A stretch of DNA of 64,000 nt from Minisyncoccia bacterium (GTDB lineage: Bacteria; Patescibacteriota; Minisyncoccia; Phycocordibacterales; UBA1006): NCBI GenBank assembly GCA_044229075.1, contig JBGATS010000002.1:40058-104057 (forward strand), given 5' to 3'. The notes under the pieces were generated by a model, which was not told the origin of the DNA, ran no database searches, and saw only the letters and a list, made by a program, of their open reading frames with translations. Shown piece by piece: positions 8,030 through 17,539 of the stretch. Both the position numbers and the translations under genes were made by a program. Positions within the stretch are counted from its first letter, which is position 1; each line of letters begins with the position of its first letter.

Positions 8030-10399
8030 ATGTTTAAAAAAATAACTCGTGGAATTTCTTCAGTAATTGGGCGTGGACTTACCTTCATAGCCCCAAAAAA
8101 AGAATCGTCATTTTTTTTTATTAGTCTTTTAGTACTCGTTGGAATCGTACTTTTAGGATTTATTCCTATGGCTGGAGTCAACGGACTTTTTGCAAAGAAT
8201 CTCCTCCTTCCATTTTTTGCAGGAGCAATGCTTATTCTTGTCGCAGGACAAGCCTTGAAACAGGGTGCTTTTACTCTCTTGGAACAAAAAAGCTCACTCG
8301 TGATTGGTGGATCTTTACTTATAATGTTGATTGTATCTTTTTTTGCAGTTGCTCCAAAAACAGCACTTTTTGGATCTTTTGGTGAAACACCTTCATTTCT
8401 TTTATTGTTATCACTTGTTATTATCTTTTATGTTGCAGCTATCTCTTTTAAAAAATTCTCCCATACATTAGGACTGTTATTAGTGCTTGCAATGGTATAC
8501 AGTATTACCTTTCTCCATATAATTATTCGGATTATTTTTGGCCCCCAGATACTCTCTTTTGGATTCATGAACACTATTACAACAACGTTAATAGGGTCAT
8601 GGACAGATTTTGCAATCCTTTCAATGATTATTATGGTATTAGGGGTTATCTGTTTTGAGGTTGGTAAATTTACTCGTCCAGCAAAAATAATAACAGGATT
8701 AGTCACCATACTTGGATTTTTAGGGATGGTGTTAGTTAATATGAAATGGATTTGGATTTTTGGTGGAGCTTCATTACTTGTGTTTTCAGTATATACATTT
8801 TCTTTAGCATATTGGGATCCAGAAAAAGAATCCTATGAATCAAGTAGAACTGTTCCATGGTTTACTATTCTATTATTTATTGCAACATTAGTCGGACTTA
8901 TTTTCGGGAGTTTCGTTACTCAATTTATTGGTAATTATCGTTCAATTAGTTATCAAGAAGTGTATCCAAGTATTCCAGCAACTTTTCAAGCAACAGTAAA
9001 AGGTTTTACAGAACGACCACTTACAGGAACCGGGTTGGGTGATTTTGATCATTTATGGAATCTTGTAAAACCTGTGCAACTTTCAGGTACTCATCCAGGG
9101 TCTCTCGAGTTTGCAAGTGGATATAGTTTTGTCACAACAGTTATTGCAACTACAGGAGTTTTAGGAATATTTGCTATTATAGCACTGTTTGGAATCTTCT
9201 GTATTCGTATTGTACGTGTTATCAAAAAAGAATTTTCGAGTATCCATTCTCGGTTTATGATTACACTTACTATTGCAGGCGCAGTAATGACATCATTAGT
9301 ATTATTAATTGATTACCCAGGAACAAGCATTATGCTCATTTGGACTGTTTTTATGGGGTCATTGTGGGGAATCCATCATGATAGAGAAGAGAAAAAACTT
9401 TCATTTGTTCATGATCCTCGAACAAGTTTCTTTGGGATGATTGTTATTGTTCTCTTGGTAGCTGTAGGTGCTATGTCCATGTATATCAGTATTCGCAAAA
9501 CAGTATCAATAGTTTCCTATAGTACATCGTTACAATTACTTGCACAGAATAACATTGATGCAGGAGTTGCAAAATTAGTACAAGCAAATCAACTATGGTC
9601 GAGTGATTTTTATCATCGAGCATTAGCAAATCAAGTTCTTGCACAGGTTCGTGTGTTGGGGAATCAGCCAGGTATTTCAAAGGAAGTACTCGGGAAAGAA
9701 GTAGAACGTATTTTATCACTAGGTGTTTCATATGCAAACGCTGCAACTACTGCTGATCCGAATAATTACCGCAACTGGACAATGTTGGGTAATGTATATC
9801 AGTTCTTTGGGAACCTCCAGGTTGAAGGTGCTCTTGAAAAAGCGCGATCAGCATATACCAAGTCATCACAGCTTTCACCAAACGACAGAACATTGGATAT
9901 TTTATTTGCAAATAATTACCTTTCTTCTGGTGATAAAACAACTGCAACGTCATTGATCAATGATTCAATTAAAAAATATCCAACCCAAGATGCGTATACA
10001 TGGCTCTATCAACAAGATATTTCTGAAAAATCTTTTGATAAGGCTGCGCAAAATTTAGTTAATGCAATTAGTCTGGATATTACTAACTATGGACTCATTA
10101 ACGAGTTTGGTATATTAATGTTTGCCCAAGGAAACTATCAAGAGGCAGCAACTGCCTTCGAGCAATCATTGTCCGTATATCGACTGCAACCAGTAGTGTT
10201 TGCGTATCTCGGTGTATCATACGAATCTCTTTCTAAAACAGAACAGGCAGAACAAGTTTTTGCATTCCTGAGAAAAGAACTTCCTGACAATGCTGATACA
10301 TTTATCGATCAAGCGAGAAAGCAAAAAGGATCACTCTCGACACAAGTAATACCTCAAATACAAACACCAACTGAATCTATTATTCCCGTGTCTCAATAA
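8030..10399 (+). CDS. Polytopic membrane protein, O-antigen ligase/polymerase-like, with C-terminal TPR-like repeats
   Basis: More than 10 predicted TM helices are followed by a soluble C-terminal region with TPR-like A/Y/L periodicity (NYRNWTMLGNVYQFFGNLQVEGALEKARSAYTKSSQL...). TTTATACT lies 8 nt upstream of the ATG. Confidence 0.4.
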   Translation: MFKKITRGISSVIGRGLTFIAPKKESSFFFISLLVLVGIVLLGFIPMAGVNGLFAKNLLLPFFAGAMLILVAGQALKQGAFTLLEQKSSLVIGGSLLIMLIVSFFAVAPKTALFGSFGETPSFLLLLSLVIIFYVAAISFKKFSHTLGLLLVLAMVYSITFLHIIIRIIFGPQILSFGFMNTITTTLIGSWTDFAILSMIIMVLGVICFEVGKFTRPAKIITGLVTILGFLGMVLVNMKWIWIFGGASLLVFSVYTFSLAYWDPEKESYESSRTVPWFTILLFIATLVGLIFGSFVTQFIGNYRSISYQEVYPSIPATFQATVKGFTERPLTGTGLGDFDHLWNLVKPVQLSGTHPGSLEFASGYSFVTTVIATTGVLGIFAIIALFGIFCIRIVRVIKKEFSSIHSRFMITLTIAGAVMTSLVLLIDYPGTSIMLIWTVFMGSLWGIHHDREEKKLSFVHDPRTSFFGMIVIVLLVAVGAMSMYISIRKTVSIVSYSTSLQLLAQNNIDAGVAKLVQANQLWSSDFYHRALANQVLAQVRVLGNQPGISKEVLGKEVERILSLGVSYANAATTADPNNYRNWTMLGNVYQFFGNLQVEGALEKARSAYTKSSQLSPNDRTLDILFANNYLSSGDKTTATSLINDSIKKYPTQDAYTWLYQQDISEKSFDKAAQNLVNAISLDITNYGLINEFGILMFAQGNYQEAATAFEQSLSVYRLQPVVFAYLGVSYESLSKTEQAEQVFAFLRKELPDNADTFIDQARKQKGSLSTQVIPQIQTPTESIIPVSQ

Positions 10400-10414
10400 A
10401 TTTTTTAATACAAT

Positions 10415-12106
10415 ATGATTAAGCGCGTCCTCTCAATGATATATAATCGATCATCAGGCATCAATGAGGCCGCTTTTTTGTTGGGATTATTTACACTTGT
10501 TTCTCAATTACTTGGTCTGGTACGAGATCGATTACTCGCAACCTATTTGGGGGCGGGGACACAATTGGATGTGTATTATGCAGCGTTCAAGATCCCTGAT
10601 TTCTTATTCGTTTCTATTGCATCACTTGCATCGATTACTGTTTTATTACCATTTCTTTCGCAAAAATATAAAGATGGAGATAGTAATAATTATCGAGAGG
10701 CAAAATTATTTTTTGATCAAGTGTTTACGGTACTTCTCGTATTTTTGGTTGGAGTGAGTGTTATCTTGTTTTTTATGATGCCATTTCTTGCAAAAATCGT
10801 TGCTCCTGGTTTCACTAGTGAACAAACACAAACTCTTGTAATGCTTTCTCGAATTATGTTGGTACAACCAATTATTATTGGTGTGTCTAATATGGTGTCG
10901 AGCGTAACCCAAATGTTTAAAAAGTTTTTTATCACTGCTCTTTCCCCAGTTCTTTATAATATTGGTATTATTCTCGGAATTATTTGGTTGTATCCATTGA
11001 TAGGTATTACTGGGCTCGCATACGGAGTTATTATTGGGGCACTATTTCACTTTGTTATTCAGGTGCCGACCCTTTATTCCATTAAATTTTTCCCACGATT
11101 TGCACGTAATATCGACTGGAGAGAGCTATTGATTATTATAAAAACCTCTATTCCACGCACACTGGGGTTGTCTATGTCCACCATTACTGCGCTCGTCCTC
11201 ACCTCTATTGCGTCCACGTTGGCTACAGGATCTATTTCGTTGTTTAATTTAACAAACAACATGTTAAATGTTCCTATCGGAGTGGTTGCAATATCATATT
11301 CTGTTGCGTCTTTTCCTGTGTTAGTGAAATTTTTTCATGATCAAGATCGCGATAAATTTGTAGCATATATAATTAATGCAACTCGGAAGATTATATTTTT
11401 TTCGGTTCCGATCACAGTTCTTTTTATCGTTTTGCGGGCCCAGATTGTTCGTGTTATTTTGGGCTCTCAATCATTTTCATGGAATGATACCCGATTAGCA
11501 GCGGCGTCACTTGCATTGTTTGTTATCGGACTCGTTGCACAAAGTTTAGTGCATCTATTTGTCCGCGGATACTATGCAGCAGGGAATACACGTAAACCGC
11601 TCTTGATGAATTTTTCTGGGGAAGTTATTACAGTACTATTAGCTTTTGTATTCATTGGTCTCCTCCGGGATGGACCTCTCTATATCTTTTTTGTGAATAC
11701 GCTACGATTAACCGGAATTAGCGATATCACCTTACTTGCATTACCGCTTGCATTTTCTATAGGAAATATTTGTAACTATCTATTATTATTATGGGTATTC
11801 AGAAAAGATTTTCCCGAAGCAAAGAATTTTTCTCTTCAAAAAACAACCATGCAAACTATTTTTGCATCACTGATAATGGGAGGCATTTCCTATGGTATTT
11901 TGAACCTACTACCACAAGTAATTCGTCAGGAAACGTTTGGGGGAATTTTCTTGCAAGGGTTACTCGCAGGATGTATGGGAATGGTTGTGTTTGTTATTGT
12001 AATGATGGCAATAGGGAACGAGGAAATGATGGAATTTACCAAAACTGTCCGTCGCAAATTCTGGAAAGCGAATGTGGTAATTGATCAGAGCGCGATTGAT
12101 AATTAA
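10415..12106 (+). CDS. murJ: Lipid II flippase MurJ (MviN)
   Basis: N-terminus AAFLLGLFTLVSQLLGLVRDRLLATYLGAGTQLDVYYAAFKIPDFLF and about 14 TM helices, as is typical of MurJ. Confidence 0.85.
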   Translation: MIKRVLSMIYNRSSGINEAAFLLGLFTLVSQLLGLVRDRLLATYLGAGTQLDVYYAAFKIPDFLFVSIASLASITVLLPFLSQKYKDGDSNNYREAKLFFDQVFTVLLVFLVGVSVILFFMMPFLAKIVAPGFTSEQTQTLVMLSRIMLVQPIIIGVSNMVSSVTQMFKKFFITALSPVLYNIGIILGIIWLYPLIGITGLAYGVIIGALFHFVIQVPTLYSIKFFPRFARNIDWRELLIIIKTSIPRTLGLSMSTITALVLTSIASTLATGSISLFNLTNNMLNVPIGVVAISYSVASFPVLVKFFHDQDRDKFVAYIINATRKIIFFSVPITVLFIVLRAQIVRVILGSQSFSWNDTRLAAASLALFVIGLVAQSLVHLFVRGYYAAGNTRKPLLMNFSGEVITVLLAFVFIGLLRDGPLYIFFVNTLRLTGISDITLLALPLAFSIGNICNYLLLLWVFRKDFPEAKNFSLQKTTMQTIFASLIMGGISYGILNLLPQVIRQETFGGIFLQGLLAGCMGMVVFVIVMMAIGNEEMMEFTKTVRRKFWKANVVIDQSAIDN

Positions 12107-12124
12107 AAATCCAATAATATTATT

Positions 12125-12157
12125 AAAAAGCCTTTGAAATTTCAAAGGCTTTTTTTA
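12125..12157 (+). terminator. Rho-independent terminator after murJ
   Basis: Hairpin aaagcctttgaaatttcaaaggcttt followed by T6. Confidence 0.8.
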
Positions 12158-12192
12158 TTACAAAAATATGGTAGTATACGGATACTTTTTCT

Positions 12193-13992
12193 ATGAATCT
12201 ATCTCTCTCAAAAATCAGAAACTTTTCCATTATTGCCCATATCGACCATGGAAAGTCAACATTGGCGGATCGAATGTTGGAGGTCACCCATACTGTCGAA
12301 AAACGTAAAATGCAGGACCAAATCTTGGACTCTATGGAACTGGAACGAGAGCGGGGAATTACGATTAAAATGCAGCCAGTACGTATGCAGTACGGTGATT
12401 TTGTGTTGAATTTGATTGATACTCCTGGACATATTGATTTTTCGTATGAGGTTTCCCGAGCATTGAAGGCGGTTGAAGGTTCAATTCTATTGGTTGACGC
12501 AACCCAGGGTGTACAGGCACAAACACTTACGACACTGGAAATGGCAAAGGCTGCAGGCTTGGTTATTATTCCTGCAGTATCAAAAATTGATTCACCACTT
12601 GCACGTGTTGATGATGTAAAACTTGAAATTGCAGAGATTCTCGATTGTGATATCGATGATATTGTTGAGGTTTCTGGTCGCACTGGGCAAGGTGTTTCTG
12701 ATATTTTGGACCGTGTAATCGAAAAAATCCCAGCACCAATAACGACACATCAGGGGGCTGATGATGTTTCTGCCTTGATTTTTGATTTCGAATATTCTAA
12801 TCACCAGGGAGTTATTGTCTATGTACGTATGTTCGACGGTACGATTCAGCGAGGAGATCAGGTACTCTTTTCTGTTGCACGAGAGAAATTTACTATAATG
12901 GAGGTTGGTACCTTTTCGCCAGGAAAAACGTCTCAGAGCACTCTTAATGCGGGCGAAATCGGATATATTGTAACAGGTATCAAGCAGCCAGGTATTGCGT
13001 CGGTTGGTGATACTATTACGCATGCGCGCAGACCACTTCTACCGCTTCATGGGTATCAACACCCACGCCCTGTCGTGTGGGCATCGGTATATCCAGAATC
13101 CCAGGATGATTTTATGGATTTGAAGCAAGCGTTGGCACGATTGCGTTTGTCCGATTCTGCGTTTTCCTATGAAGAAGAATCATCCGGCGCACTGGGTCGT
13201 GGGTTCCGTTGCGGTTTCTTGGGAATGCTCCACATGGAAATTATCACCGAGCGTCTTCATCGGGAATTCTCGCTTGATCTCATTGTTACCTTGCCAAGTA
13301 TTACGTATCAAGTAACCACAAAAACAGGGAAAGAGTTAACTATTTATTCACCACACTTGTTTCCTAATGACGGCGAGGTAAAACTTGTTCGTGAACCATG
13401 GGTATCAGTTCATATTATGACTCCCAATGAATACCTGGGTGGTATTTCAACACTTGCCCATGAACATGAAGCAGAAATCACCCTTATGAATACTTTTGGT
13501 GATGGACGAACAAAAGTAGATTTGCTCATGCCGCTACGGGAGCTCATGCGTAATTTCTTTGATGAACTAAAATCAGTAACTTCTGGGTATGCGTCTATTG
13601 CGTATGATTTTTCCGAAATGCGGGATGCAGACGTTACTCGACTTGATATTCTTCTTGCAGGGGATAGTGTCCCTGCGTTTACCCGGGTGATTGCTCGACG
13701 GAGGGCATTAGAGGAGGCAGAAGAAGCTGTTGAAAAACTACACGATATTATGCCACGTCAGCAATTTGAAATGAAAGTTCAGGGCTACGCATTAGGTCGT
13801 ATTATCGCATCAAAAACCATCAAGGCGTTCCGTAAAGACGTGCTCATGAAAGGAAGTAAAATGGTAGGTGCAGGGGATAGTAGTCGTAAGAAAAAACTTC
13901 TCGAAAAACAAAAAGAAGGAAAAAAACGAATGCAGCAAACAGGGCGAGTACATATTCCTCATGAAGTTTTTCTAAAAATGATGAGAAAATAA
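12193..13992 (+). CDS. lepA: Elongation factor 4 (LepA)
   Basis: NFSIIAHIDHGKSTLADRMLE (G1), DTPGHIDF (G3) and the LepA-specific C-terminal domain. TGGTAGTATAC sits upstream. Confidence 0.95.
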   Translation: MNLSLSKIRNFSIIAHIDHGKSTLADRMLEVTHTVEKRKMQDQILDSMELERERGITIKMQPVRMQYGDFVLNLIDTPGHIDFSYEVSRALKAVEGSILLVDATQGVQAQTLTTLEMAKAAGLVIIPAVSKIDSPLARVDDVKLEIAEILDCDIDDIVEVSGRTGQGVSDILDRVIEKIPAPITTHQGADDVSALIFDFEYSNHQGVIVYVRMFDGTIQRGDQVLFSVAREKFTIMEVGTFSPGKTSQSTLNAGEIGYIVTGIKQPGIASVGDTITHARRPLLPLHGYQHPRPVVWASVYPESQDDFMDLKQALARLRLSDSAFSYEEESSGALGRGFRCGFLGMLHMEIITERLHREFSLDLIVTLPSITYQVTTKTGKELTIYSPHLFPNDGEVKLVREPWVSVHIMTPNEYLGGISTLAHEHEAEITLMNTFGDGRTKVDLLMPLRELMRNFFDELKSVTSGYASIAYDFSEMRDADVTRLDILLAGDSVPAFTRVIARRRALEEAEEAVEKLHDIMPRQQFEMKVQGYALGRIIASKTIKAFRKDVLMKGSKMVGAGDSSRKKKLLEKQKEGKKRMQQTGRVHIPHEVFLKMMRK

Positions 13993-13994
13993 AA

Positions 13995-14028
13995 AACAGA
14001 GATAGTCAATGACCGTCTCTGTTTTTTA
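13995..14028 (+). terminator. Terminator after lepA
   Basis: Hairpin acagagat...gtctctgt followed by T6. Confidence 0.7.
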
Positions 14029-14166
14029 TTAGAATGACATAGTAAACAGTAATATCATAGAGATAATAACAAGAATTACTATAACTCGCCAAACCCACTT
14101 TACCCAGGTTTTATTTTTTGTTCTAAAAATATTCATAATGTGATAGTATACAGATATCGGAATTCT

Positions 14167-14538
14167 ATGCAAGGTATTCATCGTCACAAAGAAAGCTTCT
14201 TCTTTTCTCACTTTTGGGTGGGAGTGTTGGTAGTGGTATTCGGAATTGCATCGTTTTCCGTATCTAAGATGTATAAAAAATATATTCATGCAAAATCGGT
14301 GCGAAACGATTTTCATGCTGAATTACTAGAAACACAACATCAACAAGCAAAACTTCAAGAAAATATTGACGCTCTTTCTACTGATCGAGGAAAAGAATCA
14401 GAAATTAGAGATCGATACCGTATTGTGAAAGAAGGGGAACAGATGATCCTCATTGTTGATAATGATCAAAAAGTGACAGATCCCACAGAACAAGCAACAA
14501 CTCAAAAAAAATCACGTATTATGGATTTGTTTCAATAA
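14167..14538 (+). CDS. FtsB/DivIC-like septum formation initiator (single TM plus coiled coil)
   Basis: TM segment FFSHFWVGVLVVVFGIASF is followed by a coiled coil LLETQHQQAKLQENIDALSTDRGKESEIRDRYRIVKEGEQMILI, as is typical of DivIC/FtsB. It is preferred over the overlapping antisense ORF 14029..14316. Confidence 0.4.
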   Translation: MQGIHRHKESFFFSHFWVGVLVVVFGIASFSVSKMYKKYIHAKSVRNDFHAELLETQHQQAKLQENIDALSTDRGKESEIRDRYRIVKEGEQMILIVDNDQKVTDPTEQATTQKKSRIMDLFQ

Positions 14539-14593
14539 CATAACCATGATATACTTGTAATGTAATTAATAGATTAATACACCTTATATTGTT

Positions 14594-14848
14594 ATGCAGA
14601 AAATAACTATTTACTCCACGCCTACTTGTCATTTTTGCCATATGGCAAAAGATCATCTTCAGGATCATAATATCCCATTTACCGATATTGATGTTTCTGT
14701 TGATATGGCAGCACGAACCCACATGATGGACATGACAGGACAAATGGGTGTTCCGGTAATTATGATCGAACAAGAAGAAAAAGACCCCGTGGTTATGGTA
14801 GGATTTAACCAGAAATTAATCGACGAGACGCTTGGTATCAATGATTAA
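14594..14848 (+). CDS. Glutaredoxin-like protein (NrdH/YruB family, CxxC)
   Basis: ITIYSTPTCHFCHMAKDHLQDHNIPFTDIDV...GVPVIMI matches a thioredoxin-fold glutaredoxin pattern with CHFC. Confidence 0.7.
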   Translation: MQKITIYSTPTCHFCHMAKDHLQDHNIPFTDIDVSVDMAARTHMMDMTGQMGVPVIMIEQEEKDPVVMVGFNQKLIDETLGIND

Positions 14849-14892
14849 TTATGGTATATAAAAATTACTTGGAGACAAGTAATTTTTATATT

Positions 14893-14964
14893 GCCCCTAT
14901 AGTTTAATGGATAGAACTGTTCCGTCCTAAGGAATTAATCCTCGTTCGATTCGGGGTAGGGGCA
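14893..14964 (+). tRNA. tRNA-Arg (anticodon CCT)
   Basis: A manual cloverleaf fits: acceptor GCCCCTA/TAGGGGC, D-arm GTTT-AATGGATA-GAAC, anticodon stem GTTCC/GGAAT with loop GTCCTAA, T-arm CCTCG-TTCGATT-CGGGG, discriminator A. Confidence 0.8.
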
Positions 14965-14974
14965 CTTGTTAATG

Positions 14975-15015
14975 CACAAAGCGGGGAAATTCCTTCGGAA
15001 TTTCCCCGCTTTGTG
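14975..15015 (+). other. Perfect 19-bp stem / 3-nt loop hairpin immediately 3' of tRNA-Arg, overlapping the next promoter
   Basis: cacaaagcggggaaattcc-ttc-ggaatttccccgctttgtg. Its 3' arm runs into TGTGGTATACT (15012-15022), the -10 of the gene at 15031. Confidence 0.7.
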
Positions 15016-15030
15016 GTATACTCGCAACAT

Positions 15031-15306
15031 ATGGATGAATCAACAAAAAAACTTCTCGACCAGACATATCGTCTTACAGAAGAAAATAACAGGTATCTCA
15101 AAAAAATCGATCGACGGCAGCGATTAAATTTTTATTGGCGATTATTTATTATGATTCTGGCAGTAGCGTCTGCGTTGGGAATATATTATTATATGCAACC
15201 GTATATAGATCAAGTAATCACTATTTATAACCAAGTAGAGAAAAATGTTGCCCAATTTGGAACAGTTCCAGAACAGATAAAAAGTTTTCTTCCATTCAAA
15301 AAATAG
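15031..15306 (+). CDS. Small membrane protein, hypothetical
   Basis: MDESTKKLL... with one TM helix (FYWRLFIMILAVASALGIYYYM). The ATG lies 8 nt after the TATACT -10. The ORF track's GTG at 15013 is less likely. Confidence 0.4.
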   Translation: MDESTKKLLDQTYRLTEENNRYLKKIDRRQRLNFYWRLFIMILAVASALGIYYYMQPYIDQVITIYNQVEKNVAQFGTVPEQIKSFLPFKK

Positions 15307-15385
15307 TTGATTTTTTATCGTTTTTTTGATATGATATTTTTCAGGTTAATCACCGGGTTATACAGTTTTCCGCCGTATAACCATT

Positions 15386-15458
15386 GCCGAGATAGCTCAG
15401 TTGGTAGAGCGCTTCCCTGAAGAGGAATAGGTCCCCGGTTCGAGCCCGGGTCTCGGCA
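15386..15458 (+). tRNA. tRNA-Phe (anticodon GAA)
   Basis: Acceptor GCCGAGA/TCTCGGC, D-arm GCTC-AGTTGGTA-GAGC, anticodon loop CTGAAGA, T-arm CCCGG-TTCGAGC-CCGGG, discriminator A. Confidence 0.85.
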
Positions 15459-15524
15459 CACTTGACAATAATTTTTTTTAATATATTTTTAATAAAAATA
15501 TTTCAATAACTTAAAATATAAAAA

Positions 15525-16238
15525 ATGGAGACACTATTTGATAAAGTTTTTAAAAACTTAGAATTAATTGACTTTTTTGTTTTTAATAATCAAAAAACGA
15601 AGATTACGGAAGTTTCTGGTAATTTTTACTCAACAGATTCAGTGAATTTAGCAGCAGCATATAATATAAAAACAGATTCCTATAGCATTCATTCAAGGCT
15701 TAAGAATTTAAACAAAGAAACTTTCGTCAATGAGTTTTCGGCTATACGATCAGATCGTGTTTTAAATACAATTTTGCCTTGCTATTTGAACGAAAAACAA
15801 GAACTGCATGAAATGCCTGAGTTTTCAGAACTTCCTAAAAAAAGTTTTAAACATACAGTGGCAGCTTTATGTGCACACGAAGTGAGGCATCGCAGTCAAT
15901 TTGTTCGAAATCTTAATGAATCAATTTTTCATAATTATGAAATTTTGCAAGAATTTAAACTTTTCTATAATTTTAATAATTATTATATAGAAAAATTAAT
16001 AAGTACGGGCGCATACCCTACAGAACATTATCATTTAGAATTAGATGCGATGATGATTGAAGAAATTTTTCTATATGAATTGTGGCTTGCTGAAGAAAAT
16101 GGTATGACTTTTGATCAAGCGATAGAGCAAGCATCAAAGATTATCTCCATGAGCACAGAAGAACTTCGAGATAGGTTGTATCAATTTTGTTATCTTGGAA
16201 CGAATTATTTTAAAAATTACACAAAACACCAGACATAA
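15525..16238 (+). CDS. Hypothetical protein with HExxH motif (possible metallopeptidase-like)
   Basis: 237-aa ORF that is very AT-rich. The motif CAHEVRHRSQF contains HEVRH. No other recognisable domain. Confidence 0.35.
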   Translation: METLFDKVFKNLELIDFFVFNNQKTKITEVSGNFYSTDSVNLAAAYNIKTDSYSIHSRLKNLNKETFVNEFSAIRSDRVLNTILPCYLNEKQELHEMPEFSELPKKSFKHTVAALCAHEVRHRSQFVRNLNESIFHNYEILQEFKLFYNFNNYYIEKLISTGAYPTEHYHLELDAMMIEEIFLYELWLAEENGMTFDQAIEQASKIISMSTEELRDRLYQFCYLGTNYFKNYTKHQT

Positions 16239-16256
16239 ATAGCTGGTGTTTTTTTA
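16226..16256. terminator. Bidirectional terminator between the convergent genes at 15525-16238 and 16254-16805
   Basis: caccag-acataaatag-ctggtg followed by T7. Confidence 0.75.
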
Positions 16257-16805
16257 TAGCGCTTTCAATTTTACAGTTCTTACCTTATTAAACTTTGGAA
16301 GTCGTATCGTGAGGAGCCCATGATGTTCTGTCGCCGCAGCATCATCGATGGCAACTTCGTCAGGGAGTTGGATGGTTCGTGAAAATGGCCCCCAATAGAG
16401 TTCTTGGATAGAAAATTCATTCGTGTATGAATTATTTGGGTTATCACGACGTCCGCGAATGGTGATTTCATCACGAGAAAGAATGATTTCCAAGTGCTCT
16501 TTCTTGATCCCTGCGGTCATAGTCTGAATAACAATTTCTTTATCATTATGAAAAACATCAACTGCGAGTTCTGCTTCGGTTTCAATGTCTTCCTCTGGTT
16601 CTACTTGATCAAAATCAGGTTCCGAAGAAGAAATTTGTTGCAGACGATGTATAGGAGTTTGATAATGATCAGAAAATGTATGAGGACCTCTGTGATCAGT
16701 ATCCTCAAAAGAGTCTTGTGATATGACCAATGAATCTGGTTCATCATTCTGCATACGAATAGTTCCTGTTAATCGTTCAAAAAATGAAAGTTTTTTTGTA
16801 GACAT
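16254..16805 (-). CDS. Hsp20/alpha-crystallin family small heat-shock protein
   Basis: The alpha-crystallin domain pattern VDVFHNDKEIVIQTMTAGIKKEHLEIILSRDEITIRGRR...GPFSRTIQLPDEVAIDDAAATEHHGLLTIRLPK is present. Confidence 0.7.
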   Translation of the reverse strand: MSTKKLSFFERLTGTIRMQNDEPDSLVISQDSFEDTDHRGPHTFSDHYQTPIHRLQQISSSEPDFDQVEPEEDIETEAELAVDVFHNDKEIVIQTMTAGIKKEHLEIILSRDEITIRGRRDNPNNSYTNEFSIQELYWGPFSRTIQLPDEVAIDDAAATEHHGLLTIRLPKFNKVRTVKLKAL

Positions 16806-16825
16806 ATATCAATATAGTATCATGT

Positions 16826-17539
16826 TCATAGAGTACCTGCAAGAGCTTGTTCATTAAAATGCGCAAGTCTATGAATTCGTCCAAAGATAATTACTACAAT
16901 TAACCCAATAAACCATAATCCCGAAAGACTAATAATAATACTCCGTGTAGTATTAATCATAATAAAGTAATTGAAAATTGCATGGAGTCCAATAGCAAGT
17001 CCTAGTCCGAATACTGCATGCACCCATTTCATAAACGCGGTTTCATAATAAGCAATTCCCAACATAATACCTACAATAGCAACACAGATTGTATGAAGGA
17101 GTGTTGCACCAATAAATCGTAGATTACTGGCGAAGAGAAATGCACTGATTGGGCCTGTGGAAGGCTCAATGAGGTAGAGCGTATTTTCCAACCCCGAAAA
17201 ACCAAGTGCTAGGGTAATAAGATACAATGCATAATCTGTCGGTTTTGTAATACGATATACAGAGAAAGAAATGAGTGCGGTTACAATTACTTTGATAACT
17301 TCTTCAATGATTGCGAATGCTAATACGTACTCTTTTTGATCAAGATTTGTCAGGAGTATTACATGACTCAATGGGAAGACAAGGAACACACACACCATCC
17401 CCATGATATAGAGAAAAGATAAAAAACCCGTTTGTACAGGTTTTTTATCTTGTGAAAACCAGAACCATAACCACAAAAAAGTAGGAATAATTCCCCCAAC
17501 AATTGCCCATAATAACATTTCTGGTTTTATACCGGCCAT
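16826..17539 (-). CDS. PrsW-family intramembrane protease
   Basis: Polytopic protein with the PrsW signature motifs EEVIK (EExxK), FSGLENTLY, HTICVAIVG and HAIFNYF. Confidence 0.6.
   Translation of the reverse strand: MAGIKPEMLLWAIVGGIIPTFLWLWFWFSQDKKPVQTGFLSFLYIMGMVCVFLVFPLSHVILLTNLDQKEYVLAFAIIEEVIKVIVTALISFSVYRITKPTDYALYLITLALGFSGLENTLYLIEPSTGPISAFLFASNLRFIGATLLHTICVAIVGIMLGIAYYETAFMKWVHAVFGLGLAIGLHAIFNYFIMINTTRSIIISLSGLWFIGLIVVIIFGRIHRLAHFNEQALAGTL

Noticed and set aside
12123-13023. Antisense ORFs (12123..12683, 12566..12748, 12592..13023 on minus) inside lepA
   Set aside because: They overlap a strongly supported conserved gene on the opposite strand. They have low-complexity translations and no motifs.
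14029-14316. Minus-strand 95-aa ORF overlapping the FtsB-like gene
   Set aside because: The + strand ORF has a TM plus coiled-coil architecture and an upstream promoter motif. The minus ORF is low-complexity. Uncertainty remains.
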